Part shown: one piece after another, positions 10,271 through 22,383 of the stretch
Numbering within the stretch: the stretch's first letter is position 1
How the letters are laid out: the number at the start of each line of letters is the position of its first letter
Assembly (NCBI GenBank): GCA_010909165.1
Contig: MU008165.1
Coordinates: 1,860,001 to 1,924,000 of the forward strand
Source of the DNA: Anthoceros angustus
Taxonomy: Eukaryota > Plantae > Anthocerotophyta
Length of the DNA: 64,000 bases
Direction of reading: 5' to 3'
Notes under the pieces: generated by a model
Seen by the model: the letters and a program-made list of their open reading frames with translations, nothing else
What the model was told of the DNA's origin: nothing
Database searches by the model: none
Translations under genes and position numbers: made by a program

Positions 10271-12970
10271 ATGAATGTTCACGGCGGCATGATGCTGGCC
10301 AAGGGTAGGCCCCGGGGTGGGCCATCTGGGAATGTGAAGCCTGGATTGCCTCCCCAGGTGGTTCTCGTGGAACTGAAGAACAGGATTCTGGCAGCCTTGA
10401 ACAAGCTCTCTGATCGGGATACCCAGCAGATTGCCCTGGAAGATTTGGAGAGTATTGCGCAGAGCTTGACTCCGGAAGGGATTGCCATGTTTCTGGCGTG
10501 TTTGTATGATACCGATCTGCAGCAGAAAGCTGTGGTGCGGAGAGAATGTGTGAAGATGTTTGGCACTCTTGCATCAATGCATGGAGATGGTCTTGCCCCC
10601 CATCTTCCCAGGATTATCAGCAACATTGTCCGCCGGCTCAAGGATCCTGACTCCGCCATTCGTGAAGTCTGCGTGGATGTCATTGGTGTTCTAGCTGTTC
10701 AGGTGTCATATCCGGTTGCGGGTTCTGCCTCATCTGGAGGCGGGGGCGACAGTGCAGGGCCTCCAGCGACCTCAATCGGGGTTTTTGTGAAGCCGCTGCT
10801 GGAGGCCTTGACAGAGCAGAACAAGGGCGTGCAGGTTGGAGCATCGCTGTGCCTGGCTCGAGTTTTGGACAGGATCGAGAACATACCGACGGCAACTGTG
10901 CAGCGGCTTCTGCCTCGGATTCTGAAGTTCATGAGCATGCCAGGGTTTCTGGCTAAAGCTGGCCTTCTGTCTGTGATAGGGAGCGTGTCTCAAGCAATCG
11001 CAACAGCAGATGCAGCAGCCCCAGCATTGCTCACCGCGCTGGTTCCTTGTACTCAAGAATGCCTGGATAGCACTGACTGGGCAACCAGAAAGGCTGCAGC
11101 TGAGACCCTTGTTCGCATGGCCATGAGCCTTGGGCCTGCTCTCAGTCCCTTCAAGGCATCTGTGATGCCCGCATTGGAAGCTTGCCGTTTTGACAAGGTT
11201 AAACCGGTACGTGACAGTGTGAACGATGCTATGGCACTGTGGAAGAATGTGCCGGGCGGTGAGGAGGAGTCCTCTTCTGCTGGCAAAAATGGAGGAGGGA
11301 GGTCATCGAAGTCTGGTGGTGATACTTCTGTGGCATCCAGCCTCACATCTGTTCCTCGGTATTCCGATTATGACTCAGGAGGTAGCGTTCGGACGAGCAG
11401 GGTATTGTTTCCTCCTCCTCCGGAAGGTACACCCCCTTCAAGCTTTTCCAATGCGTCACCAGAAAACCCATCTTCTGCTAGGAAGCGAAGTCCCCAAATC
11501 AGTGACAGGAAAACGAATCCGGAGTTCTTCAAGAAGCTGGGAGAGAAGAACACTGAGAATTTTGACCATTTTCCCATTGAGGTGTGTGGTCCGCCTCGAG
11601 CGGTTTCTTCTCGGGAGGAGGTGGGCGATGAAATGGCGGGTACGTCTAGACAAGGGCAGAGTCAAATCGCGTCGGTCCCACAGACATATTCGTCGGTTGA
11701 ACTCAGGTCTGGCACTGAGTCTGGGGACTTGATGGATTTTCAGACAGGACGCGATGCAGTGGGAGATTTGAATAGTACTGTGGCAGGCGTCTTGGAAGCA
11801 GAACCCAGAGATCTGCCTCTGAAAACTGTGGAGCCTTACTCTTTAGATAAGAAACTCAGTATCGGGACCAACCTGACCAATGGTGGGCACAGCTGGGACG
11901 GGAATTCAGCATCGCCCAACCCTTACAGTCCAGCCACTAGTGACTTCGATGCAAGGGTTGCCAATGATCCCAGCATGTGGACGGCAATCCGGAGGCACCT
12001 TCAACAGATCGAGCGCCAGCAGGCACAGCTAATGGACATGTTTCAAGACCTTGTCACTACCAATCAGGAGGCAATGGCTGGGCTGGAAGAGATGGTGCAC
12101 GGTTTAAGAAGAGATGTGGAAAAGATCGGGCACGACATTGCTGCATCTGCTGGTAGGATAAGTTCGGACAGGGTCACACAGTTTGGCAACAACTACCCGG
12201 GGGACAGTTTCAATGGCTCTGGCCTGAATAGCCCTCCTGAGTATCCCATCGGAATTGAGGAAGCATCACTTCCATCGAGTTTGCCTGGACTCCCAAGGAA
12301 TGACAGATACCCTTCATGGCTGAAAGACAAGGGCTCTTTGATTTCGGATGAGCACGGTTCAAGAAGAGATGTGGAAAGGATGGGGCACGACATTGCTGCA
12401 TCTTCTGGTAGGATCAGTTCGGACAGGGTCACACAGTTTGGCAACAACTACCCGGGGGACAGTTTCAATGGCACTGGCCTGAAAATCCCTCCTGAGTATC
12501 CCATCGGAATTGAGGAAGCATCACCTCCATCAAGTTTGCCTGGACTCCCAAGGAATGACCTATACCCTGACTTTCCTCCATGGCTGAATGACAAGGGCTC
12601 TCCAAGGCCGGATCCGTTCCCGTTTAGGTCATCCGTTCTCGATCATACGGTGGCTACGAACCAGGCTTTTCCCACTTCTCCGCAAAAATCATCGGATTAC
12701 TTTCCAGACTTCCAGGATGAAGGCATCAGGAAGAGCGTGGGCAGAGGTTGGGACAAGAGGGAAATGAAAACTCCGACACGATCAGAGGGGCCTTCAACAA
12801 GGAGTGTCTGGCAGAGTGCCAATGACCAGGCAAGGGCCACGCTTGCAGCCATCAGGGGGGCTGGTTTCCAGGGAGGGGATCCAGATGGCATTGAAAGTGA
12901 TCTATCTAAGCTAGAGCTGGATGGTCTACCCCTACCCAACCGTGCAGGTGATTACATGACCGTTGAATAG
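10271..12970 (+). CDS. TOR1: TORTIFOLIA1/SPIRAL2-like microtubule-associated HEAT-repeat protein, single ORF (~899 aa)
   Basis: N-terminal ELKNRILAALNKLSDRDTQQIA...VRRECVK, STDWATRKAAAE, CRFDKVKPVRDS, coiled coil IRRHLQQIERQQAQLMDM and EGPSTRSVWQ motifs match the TOR1/SPR2 family. First in-frame ATG is at 10271 (the track start at 10241 is TTG). Confidence 0.92.
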   Translation: MNVHGGMMLAKGRPRGGPSGNVKPGLPPQVVLVELKNRILAALNKLSDRDTQQIALEDLESIAQSLTPEGIAMFLACLYDTDLQQKAVVRRECVKMFGTLASMHGDGLAPHLPRIISNIVRRLKDPDSAIREVCVDVIGVLAVQVSYPVAGSASSGGGGDSAGPPATSIGVFVKPLLEALTEQNKGVQVGASLCLARVLDRIENIPTATVQRLLPRILKFMSMPGFLAKAGLLSVIGSVSQAIATADAAAPALLTALVPCTQECLDSTDWATRKAAAETLVRMAMSLGPALSPFKASVMPALEACRFDKVKPVRDSVNDAMALWKNVPGGEEESSSAGKNGGGRSSKSGGDTSVASSLTSVPRYSDYDSGGSVRTSRVLFPPPPEGTPPSSFSNASPENPSSARKRSPQISDRKTNPEFFKKLGEKNTENFDHFPIEVCGPPRAVSSREEVGDEMAGTSRQGQSQIASVPQTYSSVELRSGTESGDLMDFQTGRDAVGDLNSTVAGVLEAEPRDLPLKTVEPYSLDKKLSIGTNLTNGGHSWDGNSASPNPYSPATSDFDARVANDPSMWTAIRRHLQQIERQQAQLMDMFQDLVTTNQEAMAGLEEMVHGLRRDVEKIGHDIAASAGRISSDRVTQFGNNYPGDSFNGSGLNSPPEYPIGIEEASLPSSLPGLPRNDRYPSWLKDKGSLISDEHGSRRDVERMGHDIAASSGRISSDRVTQFGNNYPGDSFNGTGLKIPPEYPIGIEEASPPSSLPGLPRNDLYPDFPPWLNDKGSPRPDPFPFRSSVLDHTVATNQAFPTSPQKSSDYFPDFQDEGIRKSVGRGWDKREMKTPTRSEGPSTRSVWQSANDQARATLAAIRGAGFQGGDPDGIESDLSKLELDGLPLPNRAGDYMTVE

Positions 12971-13085
12971 CACCCCAAGACTCCTACAATGACTTCTGGA
13001 TTGGCAATCGCACAAGGCTAATATTGTCTCTATGCTCTAGGTGTCCGATAATCCACTAGGCTGCTTCTATCCTCTTGTCATGCGA

Positions 13086-13146
13086 CAATACTGCTGCCTC
13101 CCTACTGGCAAGAAGACAATACTGCTGCCTCCCTACTGGCAAGAAG
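13086..13146. repeat. 31-bp direct tandem duplication (ACAATACTGCTGCCTCCCTACTGGCAAGAAG x2)
   Basis: Exact repeat visible downstream of TOR1. Confidence 0.85.
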
Positions 13147-13514
13147 TCCGTCCTGCCGTCAGGCCTGTGCTATAGTTGAGGTGAGTATACCAAGACCTTG
13201 CAACAGAGTTGTGTGTGCTTCCACCAATGTGAGGAAGTGTGCTCATCCTTTCCTCCATGGCCATAATCTATAGGTCCAAGGAAGATGACGCCTCCCGAGA
13301 GAAATATGATACCAGTGACAGACCCAACAGCGAAGAACGTTCACGTTGCTGAACTCGCCATAGTTGACGATTGTCCCACTCAGAATTCGAAGTACGAACC
13401 TTTACGCGAAGGAATATATTATGACTGGAGGTCAGAAATAGCTCCAGACTTCTTTCTTCATTCTGCTTTCACAGCTATTCTAAAATACAGTAAAGAACAA
13501 TAAGATACAGTATC

Positions 13515-16500
13515 TCAGCCTTCCGCACTGCTGAGGATGGCTGCCAAGTAACAAGATGGCCGCTTGGCTTCCACATGACGACAATGGTACCAAGGAGCTG
13601 CTTTCGCTTGCACTGAAAATTGTGCCTGCTTCACTAGCAGACATTGTAGACCTGTTGAGTTTTCCGTACCCACAGAAAGCCCGTAGAAAGTGCATAAAGT
13701 TTTGACATCGTCTTCCTGTTGGAGAAGCAAAGAGTCCCCTAGTTTCATCAGTAAAGCAAATTCAAAGGTGAGGTAACGGCTGTTGAAGATTGGAACCGAT
13801 AATCACACGCACCTCCATAAGCAGAAGCTTGGCAAGATCTGACAGAGGATAAGGGTGAAGCTTGTAACTACTCTGGTTCAGAACTTGAAGTGCATGTGCA
13901 CGAACCTGTGTGGCCACAAGAGTGAAATTTAGCTTCATTCCCCAGTCACTACCTCAAACATCGCATTCAAGAGGGAACGGATGGCGTCAAAGGCATGACT
14001 CGATTCTCATACTTGGTTGAAGACGAGTTCCAACAAACAAGCTTGAAGATAGGTTGCTTCCTGCACCAGCTGAAAGAACACCCTGAAGTTCCCCATACGA
14101 TAGCTCCTGGAAATCCCAGAAGACATATCAGTGATCTATTCTGCCCAACCTTCAATTCCAAGTGTGAAGCAAGTCTTTGAAACATCAAACATAACTGGAG
14201 GTGAAGATTACTTGAGGACGCTTCTGGCGAACACCATTTCAGGCCTGTTGAGCAGCGATGGATGAACAGTAGGAAGCCATAGTGTCAGTGACTCCGCCTA
14301 CATACAGAAGATGATATCAAGTTCATAGCCGATGATGGCGAGACCGCTTCATACACGGGGTGAAGGAGTGCTTACCTGTCCCTTCCCAACGCTTCCCAAG
14401 TTGGAAAGCAAAAAGTAGGCCTGAAACTCAGCTTCGGATTCCAGTTGCTGGTCACAGGATGCGTACATGCTCAGCAGACTGAGCAAAGCCTTTCCAAGCT
14501 GTTGCAGGTTGAGGTCTGAGTTGAAATACTTGTCTGACAGACTTTGTTCATGCAACTCCCGTTCTGAGATGATGTGGAACCTCACCTGTTGTTGCAAATG
14601 TGCGGAACTTTAAGGGAACGCCCATGAGAACATCAACCCAATCTCTGGACCAGCATGCTGGTCAGGGATTGTTGCACGGTACCTGACTGTTCCCAAGCCC
14701 AGCCAAATGGCAGAGTGAGTCACTTACAATTTCTTCACAAATGCTGATAGCTTGTTTGTTTGCAATCTGCTGCATGCTCAAATCTTGCCGAACTCCACGG
14801 CACCTGTCGAAGAGAAAGTCGTGCACCAGTTTAAAAGCAAAGTCCTTCCTGTCCAAAAGAGACCAGAGGTAATCGACTGTCAAGCGCAGGACTGGCAGGG
14901 GCCGCACATCAGATGGCTTCAAGTCCGCACTGGAAAGAGTTCTGCAGAACTGCACAAAAGTTGAGGTTGTAGATCAGTCATGTCATGCGTGTAAACACCT
15001 AAAAACTGTTGACCGAGCCTGCACAGGCCTTCACTGCAAGTATTACCTTTTTCACCGCCAAGTCTCGTGACGTCCTTCCTAATTGTCCACTCACTCGCTC
15101 AAAAACTGCCAAGTCTTTCAACCTTTCCCGCTTGTCCCTTTCTCTGGCTGCAAGCACACACACATTCATTCAAATACTCTTTCTCCCACATCAAACATCA
15201 CAGACAAGGCACCAGCACAATATGCAAACTCAACAACTTACCAGGACACATGTCTGGACAAGATCCCACGATACTGGGAAGAACTTCCCCGTCAGCACTC
15301 ACCAAGTCCCCCGACCTGTACCTTCCGGGTCTACCTACACCATCCCTTATTCTGAGTTGCGCCAGTCTCTCCACATCACTCCCAACTGGGACTTCCCTCA
15401 CCACATCCCCAGCTCCTCCTTCTACGAAACGTTTGTTCATGTCACCTTTCACTGGCCTACGCTTGCCTTCCGAGCTAGGGCTTACAGCCTGGCCAGACAT
15501 CATCTCAGACTTGCCTGCTGACTGTTCCCAGCCAACATCCTGCCTCACCGTTTCTCTCAACTGGGCAGCCACAGGCAATCTAGCAGCCACCACTTTCTGC
15601 GGTGAAAGATGCGAAGAATCTCCACTTCTTCTTCCCAGCCCATCGTTCCCATAGCTCTCAGTACTTCCTTGACCATGACCTTGTCCTCTAATACCTGCAG
15701 TGCCGAGATCTACAGCATGGCTGTACCTTCTCTGGTTCTCCTTCTTAGACGGAGCCTCCCCTGCAGTGCCGAGATCTACAGCAGGGCTGTACCTTCTCTG
15801 GTTCTCCTTCTTAGACGGAGCCTCCCTCACAGGACCCCTAGCTCTCAAAACTGCCCCCTGCTTCCAACTCCCCCTATCCTCCCCACCACCCTGTGATCCT
15901 GACCCCGACCCCATCAATCCCGACCCACGAGGCCCCCTTCTGGCCTGACCCACAGAGCTCCCAGCACCATTGCTCCCCACGCACTCTGGATCATCACTGT
16001 ACATACCCCTTCCCCCCCTTCTGTTGCTCCAATGGCCCCTGTTAACGTTCCTCAACACTTCGAAATGCTCAGCCCTCTTGGCCTCATGCTCCCTCGCCCA
16101 GCTGCCATCCGAATCCCTGACACGCACGTTCCCAGGACCTTCCCAGGCCTCCACACGGCGGCCCTCCCCATCCCTCCTGCTCACCTCCTTCCCTCGATTC
16201 CGCACTGCCACTGCTGCTGTCGCTCTTTCTCCATAGTACCCGTCCTCTCTCCTACCCGCATTAGACCCAGAAAAACCCATCCCCCGGCCACTCCAATTCC
16301 CGCCTCCCAGCCCACCTCTCACGTTCTGCCTTGTGGGTCGTTCACGCGATCCATCCCCCCGTCTCTGAGGATCTTCACGACCCGAGAGTCCCAGCGACGG
16401 ACTCCTGCTCTCCCGGCCCCGCCCACCTTGCTCTTGGTACGCCTCGATCCTCTCCGGCTGCGGGAAGGGATCTGACCACAGGGGCAGGCCCCTGCTCAAC

Positions 16501-16733
16501 CCGAACCTCTCCGCAGAGTTTCCCCTTGGGCGGGACACAGGCCTCTCCCCAGGGCCTGTATCCCCCACGCCTTGTCCTCGGCCAGAGCCTCGCCTGTTGT
16601 TCCGTCCTTCCCTCTTCACTTCCTCGCTGAGCCAGCCATAAGTGCCCACAGCTTTCCTGCGGGCCAGTTCTCGCTCATCGACAGCAGCTCCTGTAGTCCA
16701 CTCCTTCCTGGTGGCTCTTCCTCTTTCAGCCAT
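13515..16733 (-). CDS. SAC3: SAC3/GANP-family protein (SAC3C-like), 8 exons, ~832 aa
   Basis: Exons 16733-15242, 15147-15047, 14949-14728, 14585-14376, 14297-14212, 14106-14013, 13905-13813 and 13715-13515 splice in frame via GT-AG introns. Motifs: [60 protein letters not shown]. Confidence 0.92.
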
Positions 16734-17290
16734 AGCATGTCGGATACCTTTGAAATTCCAACTTGAGGTCAACTCGAGCTGCGTATCAGAATCGAAGCAC
16801 ACAACCAAAACTCGGAACCTCCCCAAATCTTCCAACGACACAGGACAGCACAGGGCCAGTTGCAACAAGACATGCCCACATTCGGATTCGCAGGATTCGC
16901 AAGTGGGCCAAGAAAACTCCTTTCGGAGCCCATAAAATGCCTGGAACAAAGGAGACGTGAATTTTCCAGACTACAATCAGCCCAGACGAGTTTGATTCCG
17001 ACAGTTGTCCACAACACTGCTCTAGCCTGTAGGCGTATATACAAGAACCTATGCTATGGTGGTGATTAAGTTTTAGCAATCAATTGTAGGTAGTGAAGGT
17101 AGTGAGGGCGTGCCTAAGCTACTTGCACCAAGGGCATCAACTCCCTCAAGGCACCTCATCTAAGTTCCGATCTAAGGTCAGATGCGCAGATGCATGTGTG
17201 TCCATTTGAAATAAGCCATTTCATGCAAGGGAAGGGAAGGGAATAGACATTGAAGAGTTAGAAGAAAAAATACCACTTGAGTTGTATATT

Positions 17291-17366
17291 GGTATCGCGT
17301 CCAACCTGGTTTAAGGCCCTTTGGTTTAGGTTCACGAGGACACGGATTCAAATCCCATTACCATCA
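17291..17366 (+). pseudogene. Degenerate tRNA-Leu-like sequence (pseudo-tRNA or tRNA-derived SINE head)
   Basis: D-arm-like TGGTTTAAGGC, anticodon-loop-like TTTAGGT (TAG), B-box-like GATTCAAATCCC. Stems pair poorly and the variable arm is shortened. Confidence 0.45.
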
Positions 17367-18449
17367 TTAAGAATGTAAATAATATTAATAAAATATTTTA
17401 TATAAATTAATTTTTAAAACTTCCAAATTCGCAAGCTACGAAAGTCTAACCAAATTTCTATCGTGTTCAAGGACATAGGCATAGCAATCTAACCAAAACC
17501 AAATTTATATGGTGTTCAAGAGCATAGGCATAGCAAATGGAGTCATTTTACGATACTAGAAAAGCTCCGTGATGTTGAAGGACATGGATGTAGGAAGCTA
17601 AACTTGACTAAAAAAATTTCAAAAAATAAAAAGCATTCTCAAAAGCCACCCAAAAATTTCAATTGTAATTCTTTTGTTATTCTAAGGCTATTCTAATGTC
17701 ACACTAAGCCCCTAGAAAATATCCCTACTATGTTGCAATACCTTCTATTCAAGAGAATCTTTACCTTAATCCTTAAATATCACTTTAATTCATAACGTTT
17801 CTTAAGCCAGGTCCAAACTGGCCTTCAAAGTTAACTTTCGCATGCAAGCAAAAGAGGGCCAAAATTGACATTCTGGAGTCACATAAATATGGACAAATTA
17901 AAGGCGGGGAAGGAGTGCTTTTACCTCCATGCTGCAATTGAAGGGAAGATGAAGTAACCAAAGCTCCCATCTAAGTTGCTCATGGTTTTAGATGGACTAA
18001 ATTTATATAAATAGTTTACTAGATTATATAAAAATACTTTCCAATCTATAGGAGAGGATGTCTTACGTGCGTGTACCATATAGACAGTCAGCCATACTCA
18101 ACCAACATAGATTTGTATGTACTTTAGACGGCAGTGGTACAAAACCCACGGAGGTTGTGGAAGCAGTTACTAGATCACCTCCTTTTTCATTTTCATCACT
18201 TTTACTTTCAAGCTTTCAGGAAATCATTTTTACTTTGAGACAATATCTAGTAGGTAGACAGTACCTGGCTCAAAATTTTTGCTTGTTCAACCAAGTCTGG
18301 AATCTCCTCGTACAGGAATATGGGATAATGTTTTCGGTGAAGAATTACTCACCCTGAACAGAGTGGGTCTCGACTACAGACCCGTGATTCACCACATCAA
18401 TATTTTTAAGAGGTGCAGTAGACCTGTTGAGTTTGTGACGACATCATTC

Positions 18450-21400
18450 TCACCGCTGAAGCCCCGTTGACAGAAAGTCCATCTTGACATCCACAACATC
18501 CAGCTGTAAGATTTGCGCTTCGCAGCCCAACAACGATCCAACACTGCGGGAACATCAGGAGGATTCGTCAAGCGAACGTGGAGCAAGATTCTCAGATGAT
18601 GGCTCAGACAATGAAATACACCACAAGATACACCAGAAGGCATACTTCGGGACTGTCCGGCCAAGATCTCCATGGACGAACTCCTTAATGTACGTGCCAG
18701 CCTGCACACGCGCAGTAGATGACGTGAGCACACAAGACATGAACGTAGCCGACCTGGGCAGAAGCCTACTCCGAGAAAATCTTGCCAGAAACGATACTGT
18801 GATTTGAGGTAACAAGAGTGATGAAGGAGAACATAGCTGGTAGCATACCTGAGTGCAAAGGTACAGAAGAAAATACTGGCTCCTGCCTGGAATCTCTTCA
18901 CATCTCATCCTGCACAGGCAGGCGAGTTATTCAATTGTTGCCAAGTTATTGAACAGGAATACAAGACCTGCTCAATACCAATGAATCGCTCGCTGTCGAA
19001 TGAGTGGGCTGCGCCGATGCAGCACCCTAATAGGCGTTTTTTGCTCAATGATCTGCACGTCCACATGTGGAAGGTCAAGAGGATCAACAGGCCAGAATGA
19101 CAATGATCAACAGGCCATGATGGGAAAAGCATAAAAAGAAGGTTCGCACCAACTCTGTCAAACTGGAGAGTGTTTCAAAATCGGAGGGCAGGGCAGCTCT
19201 TGATAACCAAACAACTGCAGCATATTCCTTTTGTTTTTCTGCTTCTCCTTCCCTCATCAGGGCGCATGCCTCGACACCAACCACCTGTAGTCCACGCACT
19301 TGAACCTGCTCTGACAGGATTATGCCAAAAAGCAAAATGACAATGAGGGAAGCCCTTTAAGTACACCTCGACAGCATACCGAAGTTACAAACACAAAAGA
19401 ACGTCAACGCAGGATCTTCAGAGTACACACCAAGCTTTGGCTGCTATTCACTAGCCCCTCCAAGTGGGTCATCTCTGCTGGACTTGGGATCACCCTTGCG
19501 TTCATTATCTCAAGTAAAAATGGCCTCCCATTGCCAAGCATTCTCACCTGTAAAGAAGCTATTAGTTGAAAAGGCGTATGCTTCAGCTATAAAACGGCCT
19601 CTGGGTTGCGGTAGACGAAAAGGGCTCACATCCATGTCTTCACGACCAGCCGCATGGAACTTGTAGCCATCAGCTTTGAAATGTGGACAAACGACATTCC
19701 CCACAGTTTCCTGAAAAAATATTATTCACATATTAACTCCCAGATTCTTGAACATGACAGGATGCTAGAACAACTTCCCCCACATACTTGCACTGAACCA
19801 TCCCCCATTCTCTCTTCGTCGATCATCCAGCGACTCTGGGTTATGTTCCGTGAGAACTACAACCACAACAAACGGTACAGTTTTGGCAACAACTCAAAAA
19901 CATGGAAATATTTCCTATCGCATTGAGCAAGATCTTCAATTGTTACGATCACAACTAGCTTGAATCAAGAAGATTCCATGGAGAAAGCTTGCTTCATACC
20001 TTACAATACCGCCCACCAACATACGTGGAATCTCTCCAGCACATGATGGTCAACTCACATGACTGAGTAGGCTGCGAGTCAACCACCCCATAAGCAATCA
20101 GACCTGAACAAAGGTAGTGCCCTGTTCGAACCGTAAGATGCTGTCCATAAAAAAGCAGATCAATCAAGAGAAAGAGGCAGATATATGTGGGACCTGGAGA
20201 GGAGGGCTTGGGAAGTGTCGAGTGAACGTTTCATCAGGCATTGATGACAGAGACCGCTGAACGGAAGCAAGTGACTCTGAACTCTCTGCAGACCTTGCCG
20301 CTGCTACCGCTGCAAAACCTTCTGAAGGACGATCACTTGCTGGAGCGTACCCTACAAGTAGTGGCCACAGAACTCTACTAAGCAACCAGTGGTCTTACAA
20401 ACGCACAATATCAGTCCGTACGGAATAAAATGAGTATGAGGTTAGTGAAAACCTCTCCTCCTTCTTTTTGAGTCGTTCCCAACAAGAAATTCCAGGTCCA
20501 ATGACGGATCAGAATGCTTGTAGACTAACGCAATTCGGAAAGTAGATCCAGAATCAAATTTGACACCCTGCAAAGAGCCCAGACAGCTAGTCATCACGAC
20601 AGACACAACACAACACGCTTTGCTCCAACGGCATCCACCCATAGTCAGACAAATTGTGATTGCTCTAAAACGTGTGGTTCCCATCCCAACCCAGTTGCAC
20701 GTGCAAAGGGTGCCCATACCAGTAAACTTTCCACTCCTTCAATCAAAGACCATTTGATTGCTTCCTTCAGCGATACAATATGGTCGGAGGGATCCCAACC
20801 CTCAAACAGTCCCCTGGAATTGTAAGTCCTCTGCAAATAACACCTGCATAAAAAAAGCTCCTAAGGTGCTGTGCCTTGATGGCAGCGAGACTGAGGTGGC
20901 AATGAGCCTACCAGATTAAAACATGGTATCTGCAACCAGCTGAGAAAATCATCATTCCAAGAAATCAATCAGTCGAATACCAAAGTGCCCTCTCCCTTAC
21001 GAGGGCTACAGCTGGCACCGTGACCTCCAAGCAGAAGCTGTCAAACGTGTATTCTCCAGGCTTCGTTGCTTCCAAGATGGAGAACTTAGTGGTGTACTTG
21101 TCGGCAGCCTCTGGGACATCAGTCCACTCAACAGGATCCAGCATCTGCAAGATTCCCATACAAACACTGCACGGTTTGGCAATCCGTGGGCCATGAGCAC
21201 GGCCCTGCTCCTTCTCCGCATCTGCAGGTTTACTCCGACTAGCGGCCCTGATTTTGTCTCCATTCAACAAGTCCTTTTGAGCGAGCGCCAACAAGGCAGA
21301 AGAACTTGGTAACTCTAGGCTGTAGACTGTGTCCCGAACATTCAGGAACCGGAACACGCATCGTGAGCACACCTACATCACACACGGGCACCCATCAGTA

Positions 21401-21589
21401 TCATCCTGCAGGAAAAGCAAAGAGAATGAAGCTCAGAACAAGCCCTTCAGGGAACCAACAGTCCATGCACCCACATACCCCGAGGGAGAAGAGATCACAG
21501 AGTATCTCTTCTGAAAGAGTGGGTAACACTCTCAGAAGAACCGCGTTCACACCACCTTGCTCGTCCCCAAGGAGCCCGGAATCCCCCAT
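18450..21589 (-). CDS. PUS10: tRNA pseudouridine synthase Pus10, multi-exon
   Basis: N-terminal CSRCVFRF and CSVCMGIL, catalytic FHAAGREDMDV, KQKEYAAVVW, YFLLYLCTQAGTYIKEFVHGDLGRT, ILQLDVVDV. Exon 1 is 21589-21479, exon 2 is 21372-20981, stop at 18450. Confidence 0.93.
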
Positions 21590-22095
21590 GCTCCTGAATT
21601 CTGCACAATCCTCAAACGTGGCCGCACCCTGAGCTTCTCTAGCTCGATATCAGTCTCATACCTAAAGGGATTCCTCTGCCCATCTGCAAAGACGACTCCT
21701 CAGCAACAAACAGATGCAACAGCAACAGCGATACACAATTGAACTGTTCAGTGACGAACGCTTTGGGATGAGTACTGATAAACAACAGCATGGCTTCAAA
21801 TTCTGAATTCCGCGCGAGGAGACCTAACCTCGAGTTCGAACCGAGTTAGGTCACGGAGAACATCTTCCCCACATGCTTGCTTTGTGTGAAGTTGTGACTG
21901 TGGAGCGATGCCAGTTACCAGCGTGGAGACAAAGAATTCTGGCAGCATATGGTCGGCTCACCAGGAGATCAAAGAACCGGGGTGGAGATGTTGTGGTGTC
22001 GGGATGTTGCAGATGCGCCGGGTGTGTGAGCTGCGAGTGTGGCGTGCAAGTCGCGGGATTGTGGCGGCAGCGTAGATCGGGCGGTGCAAAAGAGT

Positions 22096-22383
22096 ATGGC
22101 GGAATTAGAGGGAAATTCGCACAGGAGCAGGGAGGTTGAGATGAGCGAGCTGGAGGAGGTGCAGGTTCTGATTCCCGAAGTGCCGCGGCCGGTGAAGGCC
22201 GAATCCAAGGCTCGTGCTGCGGCGTACAGAGCGGAAATGCAGCACAAGCGTTCGCTGCTGCTGATCTTGATGATTGTTCCGGTGATCCTGATCATCGTTG
22301 CTTGGAATGTTTTCGATTCGAACGCAGAAATCGGAGAGTCTTCATCGCCTGGCTACGCCAACGGTCCTATCACCCATGCTTGA
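22096..22383 (+). CDS. Small protein (95 aa) with one predicted transmembrane helix; function unknown
   Basis: ATG at 22096, GC-rich coding-like codons, hydrophobic stretch LLLILMIVPVILIIVAWNVF; divergent from PUS10. Confidence 0.6.
   Translation: MAELEGNSHRSREVEMSELEEVQVLIPEVPRPVKAESKARAAAYRAEMQHKRSLLLILMIVPVILIIVAWNVFDSNAEIGESSSPGYANGPITHA

Noticed and set aside
13285-13503. 72-aa + strand ORF downstream of TOR1
   Set aside because: No similarity to the missing TOR1 C-terminus; lies in the convergent 3' UTR zone.
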